From Candidatus Helarchaeota archaeon (GTDB lineage Archaea > Asgardarchaeota > Lokiarchaeia > Helarchaeales > RDOG01), in contig JAHPZH010000003.1 of assembly GCA_019058315.1 (NCBI GenBank), forward strand, positions 428,451-492,450: a stretch of 64,000 nt of DNA, given 5' to 3'. Shown in pieces: positions 42,525 through 53,341 of this stretch. How positions within the stretch are numbered: position 1 is the first letter of the stretch; the number at the start of each line of letters is the position of its first letter. Below the pieces are notes generated by a model, which worked only from the letters and a program-made list of their open reading frames with translations, was not told where the DNA came from and made no database searches. A program made the translations under genes and the position numbers.

Positions 42525-44123
42525 TTGAGAAGAAATAAAACAATTTTATTTATCTTTGGACTATCAATTACATTTGTTCTTTTCTTTTCCGTTGTTCTTC
42601 ATTCTCAAGTGATCGGCAATTCAATTAACGGAAACGCAAATAGCTTAATCCCACATAGTGGAGATTCGGACGAACTTTATGCTCTTAATGGAGCTTTCAA
42701 TGTTACAGAGGGATTATCTTGGGTAAATGAATTTACTGTTATCAATAACACTTATTTGGCCACCAACTTAACTGTTGGAGATAGACTTCGTTTTACTATA
42801 ACAGACATAAATATCTCTACTGTAGATATTAGTGGAAGTCCGAATACGGGAGAAACTGTATTCAGTAAGATTGAATTATTTAATAGCACGTCAGGAGACT
42901 GGGACTTTGATCCTTCTCAACCAGAATCGTTATTGAGCATATATAATAGCACGGATAATTTAAATTTACCTAGTATGCTTGGAACCTATAAATGGTATAC
43001 TCCTTTGATTGAAGCAAGTATTAATTTTTTTCATGCTATATATTATGATTGTATTCCTTCAGACTTTAGTGCAGCTAATCACACCATAGTAAATACTACC
43101 TATACATTACTTACAATGGGTGGATCGACAACCTTCAATCATGTTTTTACACCTGGTGTTTCATCAAATTGGACTATATGGAATGGAACTGCAGGAAATG
43201 ACGGATCAGAGCCTGGTACCTATAAAATGGTATTTGTATTCAATAATATGGGAGTTTGTACATTAAGTCAATTGTATAAAAATGGAACAAGTTGGGACTT
43301 AATATTAGAAATTAAAAATCTAAGAATGGGTCCATCATATCCATTTGACCTTGGAAATATTTTAGGCACTTATAAATACAAAGTAACTAAAGCAGATCCT
43401 TCAGGAAATGTTCCAGTCCTTGCATCAGTAGGAGATACATTTCGGAGTACTGTCCATAATATTTTTAATTTCGATATTGGTGGTGGTGAATTTGCGGACT
43501 TTGCTAATGGTTCATGGAGTTATTATAATAGTACAGATGGCACTACACTAAAACTTAATAATTTAGCCTTATCTGTGTATAATAATACCAAATCGTTTAG
43601 TGCTATGAGTTTACCATTTCAATATTATAGTGAAGAACTAGATGCATTTATGAACGTAGTAAATTCATTTTCTTTCAATTTTATCCCGTTAGACTTCTTT
43701 GCAGCAAACCATACTATTGTAAATATTACTCGTTTTGGATTGAGAATGGGCGACCCGGCAACTGAAATCCACTATAATTATTCTCAAGATCTTTCAACGA
43801 ACAATATTGCAGGGACTTGGACTATTTGGAATGGCACTGCAGGCAATGACGGGACAGAATCAAATACTATATTAATGACAATTACTTTCAATAGCCAGGG
43901 AGTACGTACTACACAACGGATGTATTCAAATGGAACAACAGGTTGGAAGTTGATGTTTGAAATGGTTCTTGAAGAAGAAGGAGAAGCACTTCCAATCGGA
44001 TTACTACTTGCTATGTTTGGTGGTGGCGGAGGTATAGGTATGACGGAGATTCTTATAATAGCGTTGATTGCTGGAATTGCTGTTATTGTATTGATAATAG
44101 CCATTACGAAAGCAAGAGGATAA
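42525..44123 (+). CDS. Surface glycoprotein with two homologous domains and C-terminal TM anchor
   Basis: Signal peptide, many NxS/T sequons, repeated DF.AANHTIVN and IWNGTAGNDG.E. Confidence 0.8.
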   Translation: MRRNKTILFIFGLSITFVLFFSVVLHSQVIGNSINGNANSLIPHSGDSDELYALNGAFNVTEGLSWVNEFTVINNTYLATNLTVGDRLRFTITDINISTVDISGSPNTGETVFSKIELFNSTSGDWDFDPSQPESLLSIYNSTDNLNLPSMLGTYKWYTPLIEASINFFHAIYYDCIPSDFSAANHTIVNTTYTLLTMGGSTTFNHVFTPGVSSNWTIWNGTAGNDGSEPGTYKMVFVFNNMGVCTLSQLYKNGTSWDLILEIKNLRMGPSYPFDLGNILGTYKYKVTKADPSGNVPVLASVGDTFRSTVHNIFNFDIGGGEFADFANGSWSYYNSTDGTTLKLNNLALSVYNNTKSFSAMSLPFQYYSEELDAFMNVVNSFSFNFIPLDFFAANHTIVNITRFGLRMGDPATEIHYNYSQDLSTNNIAGTWTIWNGTAGNDGTESNTILMTITFNSQGVRTTQRMYSNGTTGWKLMFEMVLEEEGEALPIGLLLAMFGGGGGIGMTEILIIALIAGIAVIVLIIAITKARG

Positions 44124-44272
44124 CTTCATTTAAAACTTTTTTTTAATTTTTTAATTCTTTTTATTTTTTTTCATATTTAGATTTGATTTATTTTGTAAAA
44201 AAATTTTTATTCCAAAAAAAAATAAATAGAACTACTTCTCTTAAAAAAATTAATTATATAGGAGAAAATAAA

Positions 44273-46810
44273 TTGAGAAAAAATAAAACTAGTTTATTTA
44301 TCTTTGGACTATCAATTACATTAGTTATTTTCTTTTCCATTGGTCTTCATTCTCAAATGATCGGCAATTCAATTAACGGAAACGCGAATGGCTTAATTCC
44401 ACGTAGGGGAGATTCGGATGAACTTTATGCTCTTAATGGATCTTTCAATGTTACTCAAGGATTGTCTTGGTTAAATGAAATTACTGTTCTCGATGACACT
44501 TTTTTGGACAACAACTTAACTGTTGGTGATAGAATTCGTTTTACTATAACAGAGATAAATAGCTCTACCGTAAATATTAGTGGAAGTTTGAATACTGGAG
44601 AGACTGTATTCGCTAAGTCTGAGTATTTTAATAGTACATCAGGAGACTGGAATCTTGATGAAAATCAGTCAGAATCGTTGTTGAGCATTTATAACGGCAC
44701 AGATAGTATTAATTTACCTTTTATGCCTGGAACCTATAATTGGTATACTCCATTGATTGAAATAGGTATGAACTTTTTTCATACTCCATATTATGATTGT
44801 CTTCCTTCAGACTTTAGTGCAGCTAATCATACTATAGTGAATTCTTCCTATGTAATATTTTTAATGTCTGGATCGACAACCTTTAATTTTAATTATACAA
44901 CATCTGGTAATTTATCAATTTGGAATATATGGAATGGCACTGCAGGAAATAATGGATCAGAGCCTAATAGCTATAGAATGGTACATGTTTTCAATAATAT
45001 GGGAGTTTGTACATTAAGCCAATTTTATATAAATGGAACAAGTTGGGATTTAGTATTTGAAATAAAAAATCTAAGAATGGGTCCAGCATATCCATTTGAC
45101 TTCGGTAATATAATAGGTAATTATAAATACAACGTTACTGTAGCAAATAATTCAGCAAATTTTCCTATAATTATGACTGCAGGAGATACAATCTATAATA
45201 CAATCCAAACTATAATACCTAATTTTGATCTTGGTTCTGGTGATTTTGCGGATACAGCTCTTGGTATTTGGGAATATATTAATAGCACGGATGGTTCTAA
45301 CGAAACATCTCCAGTTGTCGGCATGGCTTCGTATAATAAAACAAATTCATTTGATGTAGGAATACCATGTCAATATATGTCTGTTGATCTCGATGCATTT
45401 TTTACGTATTTTCAAATGATCTCTTTCAATTTTATTCCATTAGACTTCTTTGCAGTAAACCATACGATAATAAATTTTACTCGTTTTGTATTTAGAATGG
45501 GCGACCCAGCAACCGTAGTCCACTACAATTATTCTCAAGATCTTTCAACTAATAATATAGCAGGGACTTGGACTGTTTGGAATGGAACTGCAGGGAATGA
45601 CGGGACGGAACCAGGTACTATATTAGCGACAATTACTTTCAATAGCCAAGGAGTTCGTACTATACAACGAATGTATCAAAGTGGAGCATCGGGTTGGGAG
45701 TTAATCCTTGAAATTGTACTTCAAGAACCCTATATAGTTTCAGTTTCAAGAGATCCATCTAGCCCAAGTAACCTGGATTCGGTTAATGTCTCTGTCCATA
45801 TTTCCGATACTGAAGGAGTAGACACTGTTTTAATCAATTCAAATCATACAGGTACCCCATTAAATTATGAAATGAACTTCCTATCAGGCAGTTATCAAGA
45901 TGGTTATTGGAACTATACTATTCCTGCCTGTTCCGCTGGATCTATAATTACTTATTCAATCTGGGCGAATGATACATCTAACAATACAGACACTGCTGGC
46001 CCCTACCAATATCTCATAAGTGCCATATATCCATATGACTTTGGTAATATTTTGGGCACTTATACATACAGGGTTACTGCTGTAAATCCGGTTTTTTATT
46101 TTCCTGTTGTTGTCGGAGACATGTTCTATGGTTCTGTTATTAATATATTACGTGACGTTGATCTCGGTGCTGGGGATTATGCGGACGTTGCGAATGGTAC
46201 ATGGAGTTATTATAATAGCACAGATTATTCGACTACAAATTATACAGATGTATTTCTATCTGTATACAACCACACACATTCATTTAATTCTCCCTTTGGT
46301 ATACACCATTATGTTACAGTATTAACATCGATTATGATGAATTATGGAATAATGAATTTCAATTTTCTTCCTTTAGACTTCTTTGCAGCTAATGAGACTA
46401 TTGTAAATGTGATTCATACAGTATTGATAATGAGTGACCCAGCAAGTGAATGCCACTATAGTTTTACTCATGATCTTTCTACTACCAGTATTGCGGGAAC
46501 ATGGAATATTTGGAATGGAACTGCAGCGAATAACGGGACTGAACCAGGCACTTATTTACTTAGTTTTACTTTCAACAGTAATGGAATACTTACTTTGGAG
46601 CGTATGTACGTAAATGGAACTTCGGATTGGGAATTAATACTTGAACTTACCCTTATAAAAGAAGAAGGAGGAGAAGCTCCGCTTGGCTTATTATTAGCAG
46701 CTTTAACTGGTGGTGGCGGAGATATGGGGATGATGATTCTTATAATAGCAGTAATTGCCGGAATTGCCATTGCCGTTATATCAATAGCTATTGTAAAAGC
46801 GAAAAAATAA
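44273..46810 (+). CDS. Paralogous surface glycoprotein, three repeats plus an inserted Ig-like domain (start TTG at 44273)
   Basis: Aligns with 42525 from its first codon; same upstream GGAGAAAATAAA-TTG. Confidence 0.8.
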   Translation: MRKNKTSLFIFGLSITLVIFFSIGLHSQMIGNSINGNANGLIPRRGDSDELYALNGSFNVTQGLSWLNEITVLDDTFLDNNLTVGDRIRFTITEINSSTVNISGSLNTGETVFAKSEYFNSTSGDWNLDENQSESLLSIYNGTDSINLPFMPGTYNWYTPLIEIGMNFFHTPYYDCLPSDFSAANHTIVNSSYVIFLMSGSTTFNFNYTTSGNLSIWNIWNGTAGNNGSEPNSYRMVHVFNNMGVCTLSQFYINGTSWDLVFEIKNLRMGPAYPFDFGNIIGNYKYNVTVANNSANFPIIMTAGDTIYNTIQTIIPNFDLGSGDFADTALGIWEYINSTDGSNETSPVVGMASYNKTNSFDVGIPCQYMSVDLDAFFTYFQMISFNFIPLDFFAVNHTIINFTRFVFRMGDPATVVHYNYSQDLSTNNIAGTWTVWNGTAGNDGTEPGTILATITFNSQGVRTIQRMYQSGASGWELILEIVLQEPYIVSVSRDPSSPSNLDSVNVSVHISDTEGVDTVLINSNHTGTPLNYEMNFLSGSYQDGYWNYTIPACSAGSIITYSIWANDTSNNTDTAGPYQYLISAIYPYDFGNILGTYTYRVTAVNPVFYFPVVVGDMFYGSVINILRDVDLGAGDYADVANGTWSYYNSTDYSTTNYTDVFLSVYNHTHSFNSPFGIHHYVTVLTSIMMNYGIMNFNFLPLDFFAANETIVNVIHTVLIMSDPASECHYSFTHDLSTTSIAGTWNIWNGTAANNGTEPGTYLLSFTFNSNGILTLERMYVNGTSDWELILELTLIKEEGGEAPLGLLLAALTGGGGDMGMMILIIAVIAGIAIAVISIAIVKAKK

Positions 46811-46947
46811 CTTCATTTATTCTTTTTTTTTATTATTTATATCCGAACTTTTCTCATTTCATTATTTTTTTTAATTTAGCGATTATTTTAAAATATATTT
46901 TTCGTAATTATACTTATTAGACCATAGAATTAGGATCTGGTAGAAAA

Positions 46948-49275
46948 ATGACACTGGCTAAAGATTTTAGTGATGAACAATCACAATCTCGCTCAAAAAA
47001 GATGAAAGAGCGGATTTTAAATGAAAAACATCGAATTTGTATCGAAAGAGCGAGGTTATTAACAGAATCTTATAAAAAAACTGAGGGAGAACACCCTTAT
47101 ATACGGTTCTCAAAGGCGTTTAAAAATGTCCTTGAAAATATGACTATTTTTATCCAAGATGATGAATTAATAGTGGGTAATAGGACGAGTAAGCCTTTGG
47201 GGGGACCACTTTATCCAGAAATCAGAGTTGATTGGATCCAAAGTGATATAGACTCTATTTCAGAAAGGGAAATACAGCCACAATATATATCAGAAGAAGA
47301 TAGAAAGGAATTAAAGGAAAAAATTTTACCATATTGGGTAGATAAGACAATTCAGTATAAATTTACACAAAAAATGGACGAACAAATGCGTCAAGATTAT
47401 ATTAATATGGTTTTTATTTCTGAGGTTCAAATGATTAACGGGATCGGTCATTTAGTCCTTAATCATGAAAAGATAATTAGTAGAGGGATAAAAAGTATAA
47501 TAGAAGAGGCAAAAAAAAGGAGAGAATATTTTAAGAATAATAATGAACTTGAAAGAGCTGCTTTTTTAGATGCATTAATTATTTCATCACAAGCGGCAAT
47601 TAATTTTGCTAAAAGGTATTCAAAAAGAGCCGCAGAAATGGCTGAAATCGAAAAAGATGAGATAAGAAAAAATGAATTAAAAAAAATAGCAGAAATTTGT
47701 GATTGGATTCCAGAGAATCCTGCTAGATCTTTTTACGAAGCCTTACAAGCCTTATGGTTTAACCAATTACTCGTTCAAATTGAACAAGGGGGAGTTGCTA
47801 TCTCTGTGGGGAGATTTGACAAAATCCTATACCCTTACTATAAGAAAGACCTAGAAAAAGGTTTTATAACGCCGGAAAAGGCTCAAGAATTAATTGAATG
47901 TTTTTTTATCAAAATGTCTGAAATTAATAATGTTCTTTTAAGCATGGGACTAACTGCCGGAGAAGGACCCCCAACAGCTCAAAACTTAATTATCGGGGGA
48001 ATTGGTGAGGATGGAGAGGATATAACAAACGAATTGACATATTTAACTTTAGATGCTTATGCAAATATTCATACTTATCAGCCAAATTTTTCAGTAAGGG
48101 TAAGTAAGAAATCACCACCCGAATTTCTGGAAAGAGTAGCCAAATACCTAATTCAGGGAACGATGATGGAACTCTTTGGAGACGAAGTTATTATAAATGC
48201 TATGATTAACAGGGGTTATAATAAAAAAGACGCAATGGATTATGCCATTGCCGGATGTGTAGAACCGAATGCTCCAGGGTTTACTTTTGGTTCCACAAAT
48301 TCCAATCAATTTAATTCTCCATTAGCTTTAGATTATGCTTTAAAGAAATTAAAGGAAGCAGATACTTTTGACGATATAATGGATGCATATAAAAAAGAAT
48401 TGAAGCATTATACAAATATAGTAGTAGATGTCATGCGTCTTCTAGATGAGACCTTCGCTGAGAATGTTCCTTCTCCGTATATTTCCATGAATGTGGATAA
48501 TTGTATTCAAAATGGCAAAGATGTGACTCAAGGAGGAGCTAAATATAATTTTACAGGACCTCAATTAATCGGACTCTCAACTACAGCAGATGCTCTCGCA
48601 GTTATTAAAAAATTTGTATTTGATGAGCCTACATTCACGTTAGATGAAATTAAAAAGATGTTAAAAAAGAATTTTAGAAAAAATAAAGATGTTAGGCAAC
48701 TATTCATAAATAAAGCCCCTAAGTTTGGAAATGATGATGATTATGTAGATAAAATTGCTTGTGAAATAGCTGAAATCTACGCTAATGAAATTAATCCACA
48801 TAAAAATTATCGGGGAGGGTATTTTAATCCAGGTTTATATTCAACAACATTTTATATGGCATTTGGATCATTCTTAGAAGCCAGTGCAGATGGCAGAAAA
48901 GCGGCAGAACCGATAGGAAATGGTGTTGGTCCTACAAATAATATGGATAAATTAGGTCCAACTGCAATAATAAAATCAGCAGCAAAAATAAATCAAGAAA
49001 ATCTGTGTAATGGAACCGTACTGAATTTAAGATTTCACCCCAGTTCAATAGAAATGGATTCATTAGTAGATTTAGTGAACACATACTTTAATCTTGGGGG
49101 TTCTCAAGTTCAATTTAACATTGTATCTCCAGAAATTTTAAAAGATGCACAACTTAATCCCGATAATTATAAAGGTCTTCTTGTGAGAATTGCTGGATAT
49201 TCTGTTTTGTTTACTCAATTATCTAAGGCTGCACAAGACGAAATAATTTCTCGTACAGAACTTAAATGTTCATAA
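46948..49275 (+). CDS. Glycyl radical enzyme (PFL2/dehydratase-like), substrate unknown
   Basis: ICIERARL.TES, ELIVG, AGCVEP, KFGNDDD, LVRIAGYS. Confidence 0.92.
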   Translation: MTLAKDFSDEQSQSRSKKMKERILNEKHRICIERARLLTESYKKTEGEHPYIRFSKAFKNVLENMTIFIQDDELIVGNRTSKPLGGPLYPEIRVDWIQSDIDSISEREIQPQYISEEDRKELKEKILPYWVDKTIQYKFTQKMDEQMRQDYINMVFISEVQMINGIGHLVLNHEKIISRGIKSIIEEAKKRREYFKNNNELERAAFLDALIISSQAAINFAKRYSKRAAEMAEIEKDEIRKNELKKIAEICDWIPENPARSFYEALQALWFNQLLVQIEQGGVAISVGRFDKILYPYYKKDLEKGFITPEKAQELIECFFIKMSEINNVLLSMGLTAGEGPPTAQNLIIGGIGEDGEDITNELTYLTLDAYANIHTYQPNFSVRVSKKSPPEFLERVAKYLIQGTMMELFGDEVIINAMINRGYNKKDAMDYAIAGCVEPNAPGFTFGSTNSNQFNSPLALDYALKKLKEADTFDDIMDAYKKELKHYTNIVVDVMRLLDETFAENVPSPYISMNVDNCIQNGKDVTQGGAKYNFTGPQLIGLSTTADALAVIKKFVFDEPTFTLDEIKKMLKKNFRKNKDVRQLFINKAPKFGNDDDYVDKIACEIAEIYANEINPHKNYRGGYFNPGLYSTTFYMAFGSFLEASADGRKAAEPIGNGVGPTNNMDKLGPTAIIKSAAKINQENLCNGTVLNLRFHPSSIEMDSLVDLVNTYFNLGGSQVQFNIVSPEILKDAQLNPDNYKGLLVRIAGYSVLFTQLSKAAQDEIISRTELKCS

Positions 49276-49318
49276 TATGAAATTTTACTTAAACTTGATA
49301 ATAAATTAGGGAATTTAT

Positions 49319-49522
49319 TTGGATAAAATAACAATAATACTGATTATAATTTCAAATATTTTAGTTGGAATAATCGCTTTTTTTTCCATAACTTTGATAT
49401 TTTTTCCACAATATCAACCTCTTGACAGATTATATACCATAATTATTATAGTTATTTGTATCATAGTATTAGCACTTATTTGGTCACCAGATATTTTAGA
49501 AGTTTTGTGGTTTATTAGATAG
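49319..49522 (+). CDS. Small 2-TM membrane protein
   Basis: Hydrophobic 67-aa ORF. Confidence 0.45.
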   Translation: MDKITIILIIISNILVGIIAFFSITLIFFPQYQPLDRLYTIIIIVICIIVLALIWSPDILEVLWFIR

Positions 49523-49567
49523 TTTATTATGATCTTGATAAATTAACAAATTAGTTGAATTAAATTA

Positions 49568-50443
49568 TTGAAGATGAGAATTATGAGTAGTGAATGGAAT
49601 CACAATTACATTAAAACTAATAATATTAATATGCACTATGTTACTCAAGGCGAGGGGCAATTAATGGTTCTTTTACATGGTTTTCCAGAATTCTGGTATT
49701 CATGGAGATTTCAAATTAAAGAACTTGGCAAATACTTTAAAGTGGTCGCTCCAGATTTGCGTGGATATAACAAGACCGACAAGCCAGAAGGGGTCGAGAA
49801 TTATAAAATTAATATTTTAATAAATGACATCTTAGGTCTGGTAAAAGGTCTTGGAGAAGAAAAGGCTATCATAGTAGGACACGATTGGGGAGGGGCTATA
49901 AGTTGGGAATATGCAAAATGCTTTCCAGATAATACTGAAAAATTAATTATTTTAAATTGTCCACCTATTAATGTCCTCCAAAAAGCAATGGGAACAAATA
50001 AAGAACAAGCTAGACGTTCTCAGTATATCGTCTTCTTTCAACAGCCTGAAGCTCCAGAACAGATGTTAAGTGCCAGCAACTATGCTGGACTAAAATCGAC
50101 ATATAAAAGTATGGCTGTAAAGAAAGAGCTTTGGGATAAAGAAACCTTAGATAAATTTGTAGAAGCTTTAAAATTACCTACTCTTTCATGTGGTATTAAT
50201 TATTATCGTGCGTCGTTCCAATTTCCAATGAGGGCAAAACAACGGAAATTAAAGGTAAAATGTCCAACTTTAGTTATTTGGGGAGAACAAGATAATGCAC
50301 TTGGAAAGGAATTAACTTATCATTTTCCAGAAATAGTAGAAGGACCCTATACAATTAAATATATTCCCACAGCAGGACATTGGGTTCAACAGGAAGAACC
50401 TGAGTTAGTAAATAAATACCTTTTAGAATTTTTGGGAGTCTAA
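49568..50443 (+). CDS. Alpha/beta hydrolase, epoxide hydrolase-like
   Basis: HGFPE.WYSWR, DLRGY, GHDWGG, NYYR, GHWVQQE. Confidence 0.9.
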   Translation: MKMRIMSSEWNHNYIKTNNINMHYVTQGEGQLMVLLHGFPEFWYSWRFQIKELGKYFKVVAPDLRGYNKTDKPEGVENYKINILINDILGLVKGLGEEKAIIVGHDWGGAISWEYAKCFPDNTEKLIILNCPPINVLQKAMGTNKEQARRSQYIVFFQQPEAPEQMLSASNYAGLKSTYKSMAVKKELWDKETLDKFVEALKLPTLSCGINYYRASFQFPMRAKQRKLKVKCPTLVIWGEQDNALGKELTYHFPEIVEGPYTIKYIPTAGHWVQQEEPELVNKYLLEFLGV

Positions 50444-50451
50444 AATCCTAT

Positions 50452-51084
50452 TCAAATTGTAAATACTATAGGAGGGTTAAGTTCGGACCCAAAACCCATA
50501 ACTGCTGATGAATTTATGAATGTAATTTCAGAATCATCAATTTTTTCTTTAAATATTCCATAACTCTCGTGAATGTGGCCGAAAATATGGTATTTTGGTT
50601 TTATTCGACTGATTGCTGCTGTAAGTAAATCCCTTGATCCAAGATGTTTATTCCTCCTTGTCAAATCTCCAATCCCAAAGGGAGGGAAATGTGTAATTAA
50701 TATATCTATCCCTGTTGGAATTAATTCCCATATTCCTTGAAGATTTTTTTGATTTTTTTTGCGATTTATTTGATCTACTAACCAATATTGCCATGATGTT
50801 CCCCAAATTTTTATATTTTCAATTTCTAATAATCCATGTTGTAAATAAGTTGCATTTGTTATCAATTCTGAAAGTTTTTCAGGAGGCATATCATGGTTAC
50901 CATCAATAATAATTTTATAATTATGAGGTAATCCACCTAAAAAATGATTAAAATCAATTAATGTCTTTTCACGATCGGATATATCACCTGCAAAAATGAA
51001 AATATCTCCATCTGGAATTTCTAGATTACTATGCATTCCATGGGTATCGGATGTACATACAACCTTCAAAATATATTGCTCCAA
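50452..51084 (-). CDS. Metallophosphoesterase (MPPED/239FB-like)
   Basis: SDTH, AGD, GNHD, THFPP, GHIHE. Confidence 0.9.
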   Translation of the reverse strand: MEQYILKVVCTSDTHGMHSNLEIPDGDIFIFAGDISDREKTLIDFNHFLGGLPHNYKIIIDGNHDMPPEKLSELITNATYLQHGLLEIENIKIWGTSWQYWLVDQINRKKNQKNLQGIWELIPTGIDILITHFPPFGIGDLTRRNKHLGSRDLLTAAISRIKPKYHIFGHIHESYGIFKEKIDDSEITFINSSAVMGFGSELNPPIVFTI

Positions 51085-51182
51085 AATAAAAAAGAAATTT
51101 ACAAATTTATATTTCTGTTAGGGTAAATAAAAACAGTCAGAAATTTTTAGAATTCAAATTAATTCTGTCATTTCAATAGATT

Positions 51183-52358
51183 TTGAGAGAAAACAAATTG
51201 TCTGCAATAGTTAATAAAATCAAGAATATTAAAAGTAAGAAGGCACAGGAAGCAATTGAAAAATTACGTAAAAATTTCACCATATTTCCTACTGATCTTA
51301 AAATAAATGATAAGGGACAGTTAATAAAATTTGTATTAAATAAGAAAGGTCATTACTTTAGAAGAATTCCTGCGGGATTTAATGACTTTCCCGATTTGAT
51401 ACATTTAATTCTTTCAGAAAATGAGATAAATGAAATACAATATTTAGAAAACCTCACAAAATTAGAAAAATTGTATTTCTTTAAAAATAAGATAAAAAAA
51501 ATTGAGGGATTGGAGAATCTATCCAAATTAAAGGTACTGAATATAGCTCATAACCAACTTACAAAGATAGCCAATTTAGAAAATCTTTCGGAACTAAAAC
51601 AGTTAATTCTATACCAAAATAAAATCAAAAAGTTAGAGGGACTAGAAGGACTACCAAAATTAGAATTATTAAATTTTAGGAAGAATAAAATAACAAAAAT
51701 TGAAGCAATTAGTCATTTATCGCAATTAAAAAGTATAAGTCTGAGTTTTAATAATATTAAAAAAATAGAAGGATTAGATCAATTTCATAAATTAGAAGAA
51801 TTATATTTACGGCATAATCAAATTGAAAAAATAGAGGGATTGGATAATCTAACTAATTTAGAAATATTAGATCTTTCAGAAAATAAATTAATTAAAAAAA
51901 TTGAAGGATTAGACCATCTTACTAACCTAAAAATAATAGTATTGGGTAGTAATCAAATTAAAAAAATTGAAGGATTAGATAATCTATCAAATCTAGAACG
52001 TTTATGTCTTGATAAAAATCAAATAACTAGAATAGAGGGATTAGATCAACTTTCACAATTGAAAGATTTAGATTTATTATATAATCAGATTACACGATTA
52101 AAGGGAATAGAAAATCTTCTAAGCCTAAAAACTTTGAAAATTATTAAGAATAATTTAATAGCAGAAGATAAAAAAATTTATGATTCTGGTAGAACAGATA
52201 TCGTAAAGAGGTATAGGAAAAAGGTATTAAAAGAGCTAACTACAAGAGTTGAATTTTTACAAAGAAAAATGAATATGAAAGGATTAAGGTTAGTCGATTA
52301 TCAAAATATCAAAGAACAAATAGATGAAATATATAGGAGAATACAAGAATTCAACTAA
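51183..52358 (+). CDS. SDS22-like leucine-rich repeat protein
   Basis: About 11 x 22-aa repeats LxxLxLxxNxIxxIEGL. Confidence 0.9.
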   Translation: MRENKLSAIVNKIKNIKSKKAQEAIEKLRKNFTIFPTDLKINDKGQLIKFVLNKKGHYFRRIPAGFNDFPDLIHLILSENEINEIQYLENLTKLEKLYFFKNKIKKIEGLENLSKLKVLNIAHNQLTKIANLENLSELKQLILYQNKIKKLEGLEGLPKLELLNFRKNKITKIEAISHLSQLKSISLSFNNIKKIEGLDQFHKLEELYLRHNQIEKIEGLDNLTNLEILDLSENKLIKKIEGLDHLTNLKIIVLGSNQIKKIEGLDNLSNLERLCLDKNQITRIEGLDQLSQLKDLDLLYNQITRLKGIENLLSLKTLKIIKNNLIAEDKKIYDSGRTDIVKRYRKKVLKELTTRVEFLQRKMNMKGLRLVDYQNIKEQIDEIYRRIQEFN

Positions 52359-52378
52359 TATTTCTATAATGAAAAAGG

Positions 52379-53323
52379 GTGGGAAAAATGAAAATAGCAG
52401 CAATACAAATGATGGCTGAGTTTGCAAATGTAGAAGCAAATCTTAAAATTACTAAAAGACTTGCTAATCAAGCCTTTTCTGAGGGTGCAGAGTGGGTGAT
52501 TCTACCTGAGTTTTTTACATCTGCAATGGGCTTCCATAAAAAAATGCTTGATGTAGCAAGACCCATTGATAGTAAACCTATGCAATTGCTTAAAAATCTG
52601 GCTGTTAAGCATAATGGTGTTGTAGGCGGTTCTTTTATAGCATATCGTGGAGAAGATTGTTATAACACATTTGTATTAACTTTTCCAGAAGGATCAACTT
52701 ATTTTCATGATAAAGATCAACCCACTATGTGGGAAAATTGTTATTATTTAGGAGGAACAGATGACGGAATATTAAAAACTAGAGTTGGTAATATTGGTGT
52801 TGCACTTTGTTGGGAATTTGTGCGTGCTCGTACAGTTAAACGGTTGTTGAATAAAGTAGATTTAATAGTGGGTGGATCCTGCTGGTGGACAGTTCCCGAA
52901 GAGCTTCCACAGGGGTTTTCTCTAAAAACTCACGAACGTAATGTGGAAATTATGAGTGAAACACCATCTAGATTCGCACGAATGCTTGGAGTTCCTGTTA
53001 TTCATTCCGCACATGCTGGAAATTTTGAAGGAGGGATGCCAAACATGCCTGATTTTATCTATAAATCTTATTATTTAGGCGATACTCAAATAGTAGATGG
53101 TAGTGGAAAAATACTCACTCGATTGAAACGTGAAGAGGGAGAAGGTATTATTATAGCAGATATAGATATAACAAAAAAGTGGACCCCATCTGAATCCATC
53201 CCTAATCGTTTTTGGATACCAGATTTACCACAAGAGCTTATATTATCATGGGAATTTTTGAATAAACATGGAGAGAATTATTACAGTACAAAAACAAAAC
53301 CTTATTTAAAGAAAAATAAGTAA
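52379..53323 (+). CDS. Carbon-nitrogen hydrolase (nitrilase superfamily)
   Basis: Glu-Lys-Cys triad: LPEFF, HDK, LCWE. Confidence 0.88.
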   Translation: MGKMKIAAIQMMAEFANVEANLKITKRLANQAFSEGAEWVILPEFFTSAMGFHKKMLDVARPIDSKPMQLLKNLAVKHNGVVGGSFIAYRGEDCYNTFVLTFPEGSTYFHDKDQPTMWENCYYLGGTDDGILKTRVGNIGVALCWEFVRARTVKRLLNKVDLIVGGSCWWTVPEELPQGFSLKTHERNVEIMSETPSRFARMLGVPVIHSAHAGNFEGGMPNMPDFIYKSYYLGDTQIVDGSGKILTRLKREEGEGIIIADIDITKKWTPSESIPNRFWIPDLPQELILSWEFLNKHGENYYSTKTKPYLKKNK

Positions 53324-53341
53324 TCTGAAAAAATAAGGATA

